Assembly: GCA_964351525.1 (NCBI GenBank)
Contig: CAYGOD010000002.1
Location: 230,327-294,326 of the forward strand
Length of the DNA stretch: 64,000 nucleotides
Direction: 5' to 3'
Source of the DNA: an uncultured Bdellovibrionales bacterium
GTDB taxonomy: Bacteria > Pseudomonadota > Alphaproteobacteria > Micavibrionales > GCA-2720935
Every line of letters starts with the position of its first letter. Position 1 is the stretch's first letter. The notes below the pieces were generated by a model. It was not told the DNA's origin. It made no database searches and saw nothing but the letters and a program-made list of their open reading frames with translations. Positions 56,398-64,000 of the stretch are shown here, in pieces. The translations under genes and the position numbers were made by a program.

Positions 56398-56748
56398 TTA
56401 ATCTTCATTTTCAAGGAAGATAATTTTTTCCGATGTTGCCTTTGCACAAATAAAGGCAAGGGCCGAAACAGGCACATATAAAGCATCAGTAATAAGAATT
56501 GTTTTTACCGTGTTGCCTTCGACGGCTTCTTTAAGCTCATTAAAGCTTTGCGGCTGAACGATGCTTTCTTCTTGGCGCAACCAGTCGCCCTGCCAATCAT
56601 TTTGTAAAAAGAAGACTTTCACCATCCCGAAAACTTTAACGGGGTTAGATGTGGCTTGTTTTAGTGCTAGCTGCGTTAAAACTTTGTTACGCTGGGTTAG
56701 GTCAACACGCGATTGTTGCTTCGTCTCCGTTTTGTTGTTTTGTGTCAT
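56398..56748 (-). CDS. Hypothetical protein, 116 aa
   Basis: It is an ORF between the AAA+ gene and the 500-aa gene on the same strand. I recognise no motif. Confidence 0.45.
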   Translation of the reverse strand: MTQNNKTETKQQSRVDLTQRNKVLTQLALKQATSNPVKVFGMVKVFFLQNDWQGDWLRQEESIVQPQSFNELKEAVEGNTVKTILITDALYVPVSALAFICAKATSEKIIFLENED

Positions 56749-56853
56749 TAGTGCTCTCCTGTTAGTACCCTGTTATTTTTATTTTTTTATTATTATTCCA
56801 TGTTTATTTATGGTGTTTTATTATCTTTTTTTATTACTTATATATAGCCAACA

Positions 56854-59658
56854 CTATATTGCGCGCTTTTGCAAGAGGCTTCCGCCCTTTTTCACAAGAT
56901 AGTTCTTGTTAAAGCATTCAATATCGTCATTGACTAATAGCTCTTCTAGAGACCTGTTCTCTTCGGCACCAAGGCCAAAAACAGATTGATTGCGCATCAA
57001 GAAAGCCAATTTAAGAGATTTGTTAAGGTCATCACTCTGTTTGCCAGCAACTTTTAACAAACCATCTCTAATTTTACGTTCTGCGTGCGGGTCTTTACGT
57101 GATACATAATTATGACGTGCAAGCATAAAGTTACGGCTTAGTGTTTTGTCATCAATTGTTCCAATAACCAGTGTTTTACCTGTTTCTCGGCTGCGTACAA
57201 TATGAACGGGGCTCTCTAGGCCATCTTCGTCTTGTACCATGACTGTGGTAATAGCGATTTTACCGCCTGTGTTTTCGGCCATTTTCACAGATTTGTCGTC
57301 GTCATGAATGGCTAATAAACCAGAATCAGAAAGACCATTATTCCAGAGCGCCCCCATGTTAATTTGACCGATAACGGGCATAACAAGTGTGCTTAGGAAC
57401 GACTTTTCATCAATCAAATCATTGTCATTAACATCTGGGGTCGTATCAATAAGGTTTCCGTCTTCATCTTCTCTGGGGGTTGCATCCAAAGATTGTCCAC
57501 TAACCAATGGCTGGCGGATAAAGGTGCGCTTGCTTGGGTTTAAGAAGATTAAATCCTGTGCATGATTGTTAAATGTTTTGGTTAAACTTTCTTCATCATC
57601 ATTGGCGGGTTTAAGATCACGCGTATCAAGCGTGTCTAAATGTGTAATTAGGCTAATAATCTGACTTTTCGGCACCAATGCATTGTCACTTTTGTCTTTA
57701 TGCGTCGGCATGGTTTCGCGGATATGGTCGGCTAATAATTTTTGAATAACATCGGCTTTTGATGATATATTATAGCCATTAAGTGGACTAATGTTAAAGC
57801 CTCTACCAAAACGATGATTTGTGTTTTTGCGGCCTTCATTCAACTCATTATCTGCTAGGCCGTGTTCACGCGCCCATGTCATAAGCTGTTCATAGGTTGC
57901 CATTTTTCCGCGTCCAAAAGTATGGTCTAGGATCTCTTGAATAATAATTTCATTCAGGCGCGTCCCATAATTAAGAGATGTCGGCTCAATTTCACCCTGT
58001 ACAAGAGAGGGTGGGGTGTCGTAACGTCCAATATCATAACCATCACTTTGTGATAGGGGTTTTGACGACGCAAAATTGTGACGAACTTTTTCAAGCCATG
58101 TAATAATCTTACGATATCCCATTGCGACTTCTTTGCGGTATTCTGGCTCATCAATTTCTTCCATGACGCGCGCATCATCAACGCCGATTAGATCAACATT
58201 ATCAGGATCCAGCATAAAGGACCACTTATGACAGAAAGAGGCAAGCTTTTTGCAATCGGTAAAGAAATGTTTCCAGTTCTTGATGAAATCAAATGATTCA
58301 TCGGGAATCATCGCAATATCTTCGTCTGACAAACCGTCTGTGCGACGATTATAAAGAAATTCACGGAAAGCTTCAGGATCAGCATCCCATTGATTGACGC
58401 CATTCTTGTACCCTGTTTTGAAAAGGGTTGAAATGGGAACGCCCGTGGCAAATTGTGTCCATGCGTGCAACCAATCATCTTCGGTTGATTTTGCAATCGT
58501 GTAGGGGTTCCAACGCTGGTTGGCTGATTCTGATAGCTCGCGTGTTGTCACGCCGTCAACAACGGCATTACCGGCGGCGGTCACGAAAAAGTTTGGCCCC
58601 ATATCTTTGCGTTTTAATGTGTATGACTTACCGCCTTTGCCTTCATTTTTAAGGGGGCTTTGAATTGTGATCTCACCTGGTCCTTCACCGCGGAAGAACT
58701 GTAAGATTGTCTGCATACAATCATCTGTACCCTCTTTGGATTTATTATATTCATCCAAAATAATCGGGCAATCTTCAGTGAACGCCTGATAGATAGGTCC
58801 TGGAACCATTTTAAGACCAAGGGCGTTTTGTCCGCCTTGATCTAATCCCTCTAGGCGACGCACGGCTTCGAGCGCTGTTTGAACGCGCTTCATGTATTCA
58901 GGGTGATCGTTATAGTCGGTATGATCGCCTTCATAACCTTCTTCTCGCCCATTGATACTGTCTGCATTGCCGATGCGATCCCATAAAAAGACAACACGGC
59001 CCGTTTCAGCATCTTCAAGATAGCCTTCACCCATGGCATTTTGTAACAGACTTTTTGAAACAGGGTTTAGTTCACCAGCGGCGGCCTTGATCTCAAGTTC
59101 TTCAAAAAAACCCTTGTCGCTGTCAAAATCAAGAACGGTTTCCCACAAAAGATCGTGTAAGTTTTTACCACCACAATCAACGAAGAAGGGTTTCTTGGTT
59201 GTGCGCAATGAGGCATGGACACCAGCAAGGAATGTTTTACCAGCACCAGGATAACCCTTAACGAACTCAATACGGTTCATGCTGTCGGGTAGGCGTTTAT
59301 TTAATCCATCGATAAAGAATTTTAACATGCTTGGTTTTGGCATATTGCGGTAGAGCTGTCCCATCACCTCTGCTTCTGGCTTATCCGAATAGATGATGGT
59401 TGGTTTATCGTCATCTTCCATGACGCTCCATTGGCGTACGGGGACGGTTTTACCATCGATGATTTTCTCATCAATTTTTAACATGGGATAGGGACGACCT
59501 GTAACGCCAAAAATCATACGCCTTAAAACGACACCATTTTTGTCAGTAATTGTTGGCGGATAGCGCTTGTCGAATTCGGCGCTAGTGCCATTGCGTGCAC
59601 CAGTATTAACATCATCTTGATGTACTGGAGTCGGATTTTTCTTGTCGTTTTTACTCAT
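56854..59658 (-). CDS. Giant AAA+ ATPase, CobS/AAA_5 (dynein/midasin-related) type, 934 aa
   Basis: Walker A is FVKGYPGAGKTFLAGV and Walker B is CPIILDEYNK. FFVTAAGN and ANQRWNPYTI parallel the CobS RLFATANT and MDRWN segments as I recall them. About 500 aa C-terminal to the ATPase module are unassigned. The ATG lies 1 nt after the vWA gene stop. Confidence 0.75.
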   Translation of the reverse strand: MSKNDKKNPTPVHQDDVNTGARNGTSAEFDKRYPPTITDKNGVVLRRMIFGVTGRPYPMLKIDEKIIDGKTVPVRQWSVMEDDDKPTIIYSDKPEAEVMGQLYRNMPKPSMLKFFIDGLNKRLPDSMNRIEFVKGYPGAGKTFLAGVHASLRTTKKPFFVDCGGKNLHDLLWETVLDFDSDKGFFEELEIKAAAGELNPVSKSLLQNAMGEGYLEDAETGRVVFLWDRIGNADSINGREEGYEGDHTDYNDHPEYMKRVQTALEAVRRLEGLDQGGQNALGLKMVPGPIYQAFTEDCPIILDEYNKSKEGTDDCMQTILQFFRGEGPGEITIQSPLKNEGKGGKSYTLKRKDMGPNFFVTAAGNAVVDGVTTRELSESANQRWNPYTIAKSTEDDWLHAWTQFATGVPISTLFKTGYKNGVNQWDADPEAFREFLYNRRTDGLSDEDIAMIPDESFDFIKNWKHFFTDCKKLASFCHKWSFMLDPDNVDLIGVDDARVMEEIDEPEYRKEVAMGYRKIITWLEKVRHNFASSKPLSQSDGYDIGRYDTPPSLVQGEIEPTSLNYGTRLNEIIIQEILDHTFGRGKMATYEQLMTWAREHGLADNELNEGRKNTNHRFGRGFNISPLNGYNISSKADVIQKLLADHIRETMPTHKDKSDNALVPKSQIISLITHLDTLDTRDLKPANDDEESLTKTFNNHAQDLIFLNPSKRTFIRQPLVSGQSLDATPREDEDGNLIDTTPDVNDNDLIDEKSFLSTLVMPVIGQINMGALWNNGLSDSGLLAIHDDDKSVKMAENTGGKIAITTVMVQDEDGLESPVHIVRSRETGKTLVIGTIDDKTLSRNFMLARHNYVSRKDPHAERKIRDGLLKVAGKQSDDLNKSLKLAFLMRNQSVFGLGAEENRSLEELLVNDDIECFNKNYLVKKGGSLLQKRAI

Positions 59659-59659
59659 T

Positions 59660-62600
59660 TTAGGGCCTCATCCTGTTATAGGCACGGCGCGCTGCGCTCT
59701 TTTTATTTTTAGCGGACTTTGCTATGAAACTTCCACTTTGTCTTATTTTTTTAAACAATAATTTCACAATTGCCAAGGGAATTTCTTGATAATTTGCCGT
59801 AGTGGTTATGTCTATTTTTTGAATTGGTCTTTTAGTTTCAATGTCTTGAGACACTTTATACATGCGTGTATTCATCGGTGTGGTGTTAATAACTGAGAAA
59901 TCAATGGTTACTTCACGCGACTGTTCGAGGAATATTTCTATAGCCTTTGTTGCCGCTGCCGAATCACTAATATCTCCATCAGAGATGACGACAATATGCG
60001 TATAACCAGAAATATCACCGGCATTTGCCTTTTTCTCGGCGAGCATTTTTGCGGTATCAATAATGGCAGGCCCCAAGTTAGTTCCAGAGTTTAGGCCCGT
60101 ACGGAAGCTTTCAAAACTTTCACCAACTTTGTTGCGTGGGTCCTTGGGTTTCGCGAACCATTTAACCGTGCTGTCACCCCACATACCGACATACAGATTA
60201 ATCCCATCAAGGCGCCTTGATGCCTCATATAATATTGCGGCTGTGGTCAGGGCTACATCAATGGGTTTTGCGCCACCCGTACCCATGTAACCATTTGAGC
60301 TCATACTGCCAGAGCCATCAATAAGAAGAACAATGTCAACGGGGGCGGGGCTCATGGATTGCTGATCATCATGAAAGCGCTCTAAATGTTTCTTTTCAAT
60401 ATTTTGACCAGTTTTTTTTCTAATAACCAACGCGCGATGTTTATCTAAATTCAGACGATCAATTTCTCCCGCTTTCGGGATAAGCGTCATTTGTTTTGAA
60501 CGAATAGTTTCACGTTTTAACTGGGCTTCCTTAAGTTTAACCATGCCTTTTTGCGCCGCGGAAATTGCAGAGCTTAATTTGGCCATTTGTTCTAAATAGC
60601 GATCCCATCCTTCATCAATAATGGGGACGTCGTCGCGACCTTTGTTCTTGCCGCCTTCTTTGGGTTTCTTCTTACTGGGCTTACCAGGCTTGTCGCTTTC
60701 TTGCCCGTCAGCGTCACTATCACCATCTCCGTCGCCATCTTCGCCGTCTTGACCATCTGCGTCTTGACCTTCTTGATCGGCTTCCATATCGGATATTTCA
60801 TCGGCTAGATCGTCGGCGCTTTGACCCTCTTGATCACCATCATCATCCAAGCCGTCGGCGCTTTCGCCCTCATTGGCCTGTTCGTCGCCATCTTGACCTT
60901 GTCCGTCATTGTCTTGGCTCATTTCTTTGGCTTGTTCTTCTGGTGTTTCAGACGGGGTGTCGACATCGGGCATGTCGCCGACATCATCCACATCGGTATT
61001 ACTGTCTCCCTGACCTTGATTTAGTTCTTGATCATAGTCATCGGATTCGCTTGTCTCGCCATTCTGATCGCTATCAGCGTCTTCTTCAGTAGCGCTTTCG
61101 CCAGATTCCGCCTCTTGACCGTCCTGATTTTCACCATCGTCTCCCTGTTCGTCAGGGTCGGGTTTAGCATTAGGATCAGGTTTAGCATTAGGATCAGGTT
61201 TAGCATTAGGATCAGGTTTAGCATTAGGATCAGGCTTAGCATTGGGATCAGGCTTAGCATTAGGATCGGGTTTAGCATTAGGATCGGGTTGCCCTTCGCC
61301 ATCTTGGCTCTCACCGTCCTGATTTTCACCGTCTTGCCCGTCACCACCTTCTTGATCGGCGCTGTCGTCTGGTTCACCGTCTTGGTTTTGTTCTTGATCT
61401 TGTTGGTCTTGGGCTTGATCCATTTCTTCTTCAAGCTTTTCCATCTCTTGCTTGATAATGGCCTCGACATGATGTTTGGCAAAATCGTCCCATAATTTTT
61501 CAATAATAGCATTGCGCTTTTTGTTGGTCGCGCCGGCTTGTGCCATGAAATAATCCAATCCATTGATCAGATCATCATAATTAGGCTTTAAAAAGCGCAG
61601 GCCGTTATTTTTATCTTGGAGCGCACCAAGAAGGTCTAAATAATCATGTTCACTTGGTGTTTGACCACCAGCTTTGCGACGTCGGCGTATTTTCTCTGGA
61701 TATAAATTAACGCCGTGCCAGCCCTCTAATGTGTCATCGAATAACCCATTTTTCTGCTGATAGCTGTATTTCATGATATCAACGAGTTTGAAGAAAGATG
61801 TAACGGCATCATCTGGCTTTGGATTGTCAGCGTCTTTTGTTTCTTTTGCGTCACGCGGTCTTAATCCGTCCAACGTAGCCGTCAGGTTATTCAAGGAGAA
61901 ATCAAAATCTTGATATGAATTGCTCGCCATATCCGAACTATTTTGATGCATAGTTGATGTTTGGGCGCCTTGTGAGAAAAGATTATAAAGTTGCCATTCT
62001 AAATTAAAGCGTCGTAGGTGTTTGTACGCTTCACGATCTAGCTTTTTTCCTTGTTTCTCAAGTGCTTTTTGTGTGTCTTTAATGCGCTTTATTTGTTTTT
62101 GTAAATAAGCCATGCGAGGCGGATATTGTTGCACCAAAAGCCCTTGACCAACTTTATCCATGATCCGTGATCTATAGTGCCCTAAGCCAGCAGTTAGCGC
62201 CTCCATAAGATCAATGCGCAGTAATTTCGACGATGGTAAATAATGTGTTCCGCCACCAATTTTACCCCAAGAGATTTTATTGCTGTCTCTGGTGGCTGTG
62301 TTGGCGTTATTCACATTGGCGTAGAGTTCTTTTTTCGCACGAATAGAGCCGGTTAATTGTTGCCATAAAATGCTTTTCGACACAGATGGCGGCGTCCCAT
62401 CTTTATTGGCTTCTAACCCCCAATTTAGGGTCATTTCAGGTGTTGTGTGAATAATGCCCAATGCGGCCGCCCAGACAAATTGCTTTTCTTGTGATGTTAA
62501 ATCTGGCGGTGTTGTTGTGCGCCCCATAAGCAAGGCTAGCTTGGCTTTCTCTATTTCTGCGCGGAGGGATTGGTTTTTTTCAAATCCTTGAAAAAGAAGA

Positions 62601-62800
62601 TCTAGATGTGCAGGGCTTAATTCTTTGCGCTTTATGAGGGTGCTTAAAACATGGCGTCTTGCGGTCATGTGGTCTTGGAAAAGGCTCTGAATATCGGGCA
62701 TATTTGGTTTTTGGCTCGGCCAAGCATACCGATTGAAAATAGTTTTAAAGCCATTTTTTATAGCTTTATTCTTTGGCTTTTTTTGATCGTTTTTTGCCAT
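59660..62800 (-). CDS. vWA (MIDAS) protein with a huge D/E/Q/G-rich acidic tract, CobT/midasin-tail-like architecture, 1046 aa
   Basis: The C-terminal MIDAS motif is VDIVLLIDGSGSMSS. Roughly 270 aa are acidic low complexity (QDQQDQEQNQDGEPDD ... DGEDGDGDGDSDADGQ) and include PDPNAK x7. The N-terminal ~440 aa are unassigned. Confidence 0.8.
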   Translation of the reverse strand: MAKNDQKKPKNKAIKNGFKTIFNRYAWPSQKPNMPDIQSLFQDHMTARRHVLSTLIKRKELSPAHLDLLFQGFEKNQSLRAEIEKAKLALLMGRTTTPPDLTSQEKQFVWAAALGIIHTTPEMTLNWGLEANKDGTPPSVSKSILWQQLTGSIRAKKELYANVNNANTATRDSNKISWGKIGGGTHYLPSSKLLRIDLMEALTAGLGHYRSRIMDKVGQGLLVQQYPPRMAYLQKQIKRIKDTQKALEKQGKKLDREAYKHLRRFNLEWQLYNLFSQGAQTSTMHQNSSDMASNSYQDFDFSLNNLTATLDGLRPRDAKETKDADNPKPDDAVTSFFKLVDIMKYSYQQKNGLFDDTLEGWHGVNLYPEKIRRRRKAGGQTPSEHDYLDLLGALQDKNNGLRFLKPNYDDLINGLDYFMAQAGATNKKRNAIIEKLWDDFAKHHVEAIIKQEMEKLEEEMDQAQDQQDQEQNQDGEPDDSADQEGGDGQDGENQDGESQDGEGQPDPNAKPDPNAKPDPNAKPDPNAKPDPNAKPDPNAKPDPNAKPDPDEQGDDGENQDGQEAESGESATEEDADSDQNGETSESDDYDQELNQGQGDSNTDVDDVGDMPDVDTPSETPEEQAKEMSQDNDGQGQDGDEQANEGESADGLDDDGDQEGQSADDLADEISDMEADQEGQDADGQDGEDGDGDGDSDADGQESDKPGKPSKKKPKEGGKNKGRDDVPIIDEGWDRYLEQMAKLSSAISAAQKGMVKLKEAQLKRETIRSKQMTLIPKAGEIDRLNLDKHRALVIRKKTGQNIEKKHLERFHDDQQSMSPAPVDIVLLIDGSGSMSSNGYMGTGGAKPIDVALTTAAILYEASRRLDGINLYVGMWGDSTVKWFAKPKDPRNKVGESFESFRTGLNSGTNLGPAIIDTAKMLAEKKANAGDISGYTHIVVISDGDISDSAAATKAIEIFLEQSREVTIDFSVINTTPMNTRMYKVSQDIETKRPIQKIDITTTANYQEIPLAIVKLLFKKIRQSGSFIAKSAKNKKSAARRAYNRMRP
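61161..61286 (-). repeat. 18-bp in-frame tandem repeat x7 (PDPNAK hexapeptide) inside the vWA gene
   Basis: On the plus strand, the GGTTTAGCATTAGGATCA unit occurs at 61161, 61179, 61197, 61215, 61233, 61251 and 61269. The first four copies are identical, the last three carry 1-2 substitutions each, and partial copies lie at both flanks. Confidence 0.95.
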
Positions 62801-63219
62801 TATGCCGTATTGCTAAAGCGCCCTGTTTTTATTTTTTTATCAAAAATTTGATCGTTTAAGCCTGTTATGAATTGAATTTATGTAATCAATGCATGAATTG
62901 AACTATATTTTTGAAATTTTATTTTATTAAAAATAGTATGCACGCGAATATTCTTCATGTCACGCATTAATTCTGAATGACATTAGGTGGCGAAAAAATA
63001 TGAAAAAACTGTTATTTTTCATAGCGATAGATTCTTCTTTAAATTAGCAAACCCACACATACGCTAGTGTTTTCTTTACCTTTTTGAGGTAAACTAAAGG
63101 TGGGAAAGTGTGTCTGTATGAACGTTGGTTTTTACGGTTTGACGTAGTGCGCTGTTTTTAAATAAGAAAATAGCATTTTGAAAAGAGAAAAAAGAAAGGT
63201 TTAAGACAAAAAAAATTAA

Positions 63220-64000
63220 ATGACTATTGCTCTTTCACCATCGATAAGAAGAAATGTTTTGAGTTTACAGCAAACTCAACGCGTTTTTGATCGCACATCT
63301 TTGCGATTATCGACGGGTAAAAAAGTTAATAGTGCACTTGATAACGCCAATTCTTTCTTTGCCTCTCAAAATCTTTTAAGCAGTGCACGTTCCTTCAATC
63401 GTATTCGCGATAATTTAGGGCAAGTGCAAGGTAATATTAGAAATGCACAAACAGGCCTTGAGGCCATAGAGCGCTCTTTACTTCAGGCGGAATCTCTAGC
63501 GCAACAAATCTTAGAGACAGAGGATTTTGGTTTTGCTGGTGGCGCAACACCGCAAACATTAAATGATTTAATCGTGGCGGACAATCCGAATGGTTATTGG
63601 CGTTTAAATGAGACTGGTGGGACAACCGCAACAAATTTGGGGTCTGGTGGGGGTATTAACGGTACCTATCAAAACGGTGCCACCAATAACGGTGCGGCCA
63701 TTATTACCAACCAGGGTGAAACAACGGGTGTCTTCAATGGCGGGAATGATCGTATTCGCATTCCCAATAGTAACCAGATCAACCTCGGTAATCAGGCAGA
63801 GCGCACGATTGAAATCACCTTTAGCACCAACCGTGTTAGTGGTCCACGTCAAATATTGTGGGAAGAGGGCGGCGGCGTTAATGCACTAAATATTTATATT
63901 GATAATGACCGTCTTTATGTGAATGGCGTCGATCAGGCCGATTGGGGACCCTTTAACATCAGTCGCGGCATTTCTGCGAATACGACATATCACGTAGCAT
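63220..64000 (+). CDS. Flagellin N-terminal domain protein fused to a LamG/concanavalin-like region (partial, continues past the window end)
   Basis: Hand translation from ATG 63220 (in-frame TAA immediately upstream) is open to the window end. LSPSIRRNVLSLQQTQRVFDRTSLRLSTGKKVNSALDNANSFFASQNL matches the alphaproteobacterial flagellin N-domain. From about residue 125, NGYWRLNETGGTTATNLGSGGGINGTYQNG ... RIRIPNSNQINLG ... TIEITF resembles Laminin_G_3 domains. It is not in the ORF track because it is edge-truncated. Confidence 0.7.
   Translation, partial: MTIALSPSIRRNVLSLQQTQRVFDRTSLRLSTGKKVNSALDNANSFFASQNLLSSARSFNRIRDNLGQVQGNIRNAQTGLEAIERSLLQAESLAQQILETEDFGFAGGATPQTLNDLIVADNPNGYWRLNETGGTTATNLGSGGGINGTYQNGATNNGAAIITNQGETTGVFNGGNDRIRIPNSNQINLGNQAERTIEITFSTNRVSGPRQILWEEGGGVNALNIYIDNDRLYVNGVDQADWGPFNISRGISANTTYHVA

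Noticed and set aside
61021-61563. ORFs 61021..61563 (-) and 61028..61495 (+) with striking periodic sequence (ILMLN..., RIRFSI...)
   Set aside because: They are alternative frames of the 18-bp PDPNAK repeat and the acidic tract inside the 1046-aa vWA gene. They are artefacts of repetitive DNA.
1-64000. Mobile elements, prophage, genomic island, rRNA/tRNA genes
   Set aside because: I recognised no integrase, transposase, phage structural motifs or tRNA-like sequence. By eye, composition looks uniform across the window. I could not compute GC skew or k-mer deviation, so a subtle island (for example 54.8-62.8 kb) cannot be excluded.

Overview
By eye this is an AT-rich stretch of ordinary chromosome, most likely from an alphaproteobacterium. 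The taxonomic call is inference. It rests on the gene order kdsD-lptC-lptA-lptB-rpoN-hpf-ptsN, purC beside a DUF1476/zeta-like gene, bolA-grxD, a Caulobacter-type cpa/tad pilus locus, an ECF sigma/NrsF-like pair, and a Bradyrhizobium/Caulobacter-type flagellin N-domain. I support about 60 protein-coding genes. I recognise no rRNA, tRNA, CRISPR array, transposase, integrase or prophage module. Housekeeping genes: purC, bolA, grxD, yaaA, ribF, dsbD-like, pmbA, an RNase D-like exonuclease, kdsD, lptCAB, rpoN, hpf, ptsN, chorismate mutase and a YihY/BrkB-family protein. A complete Flp/Tad pilus locus runs from about 39.5 to 52.5 kb, with an attenuator-like hairpin after the pilin gene. The strongest candidate for something undescribed is a four-gene minus-strand operon at 54849..62800. 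It encodes a 1046-aa protein with an extreme D/E-rich tract plus a C-terminal MIDAS/vWA domain, translationally coupled to a 934-aa CobS/AAA_5-like ATPase, followed by two unknown proteins. Both core proteins are much larger than my recollection of CobS/CobT, and no cobalamin genes are in the window. Other points worth a second look:
- A tight three-gene operon at 3219..6653 (PP-loop MurL-like, MurD-like ligase, VanX-like dipeptidase).
- An orphan consensus sigma70 promoter plus terminator unit at 14373..14555, a candidate sRNA or leader.
- An 0.8-kb non-coding region with iteron-like 17-bp repeats upstream of ribF.
- A PtsN whose phospho-acceptor His is Gln.
- A CX5R phosphatase with a long basic N-terminal extension.
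- An edge-truncated flagellin N-domain fused to a LamG-like region.
- Several in-frame or stop-spanning tandem repeats.
Two CDSs truncated by the window edges (1..598 minus, 63220..64000 plus) are missing from the supplied ORF track. I found them by hand translation. All family assignments come from motif recognition and memory, not from searches.
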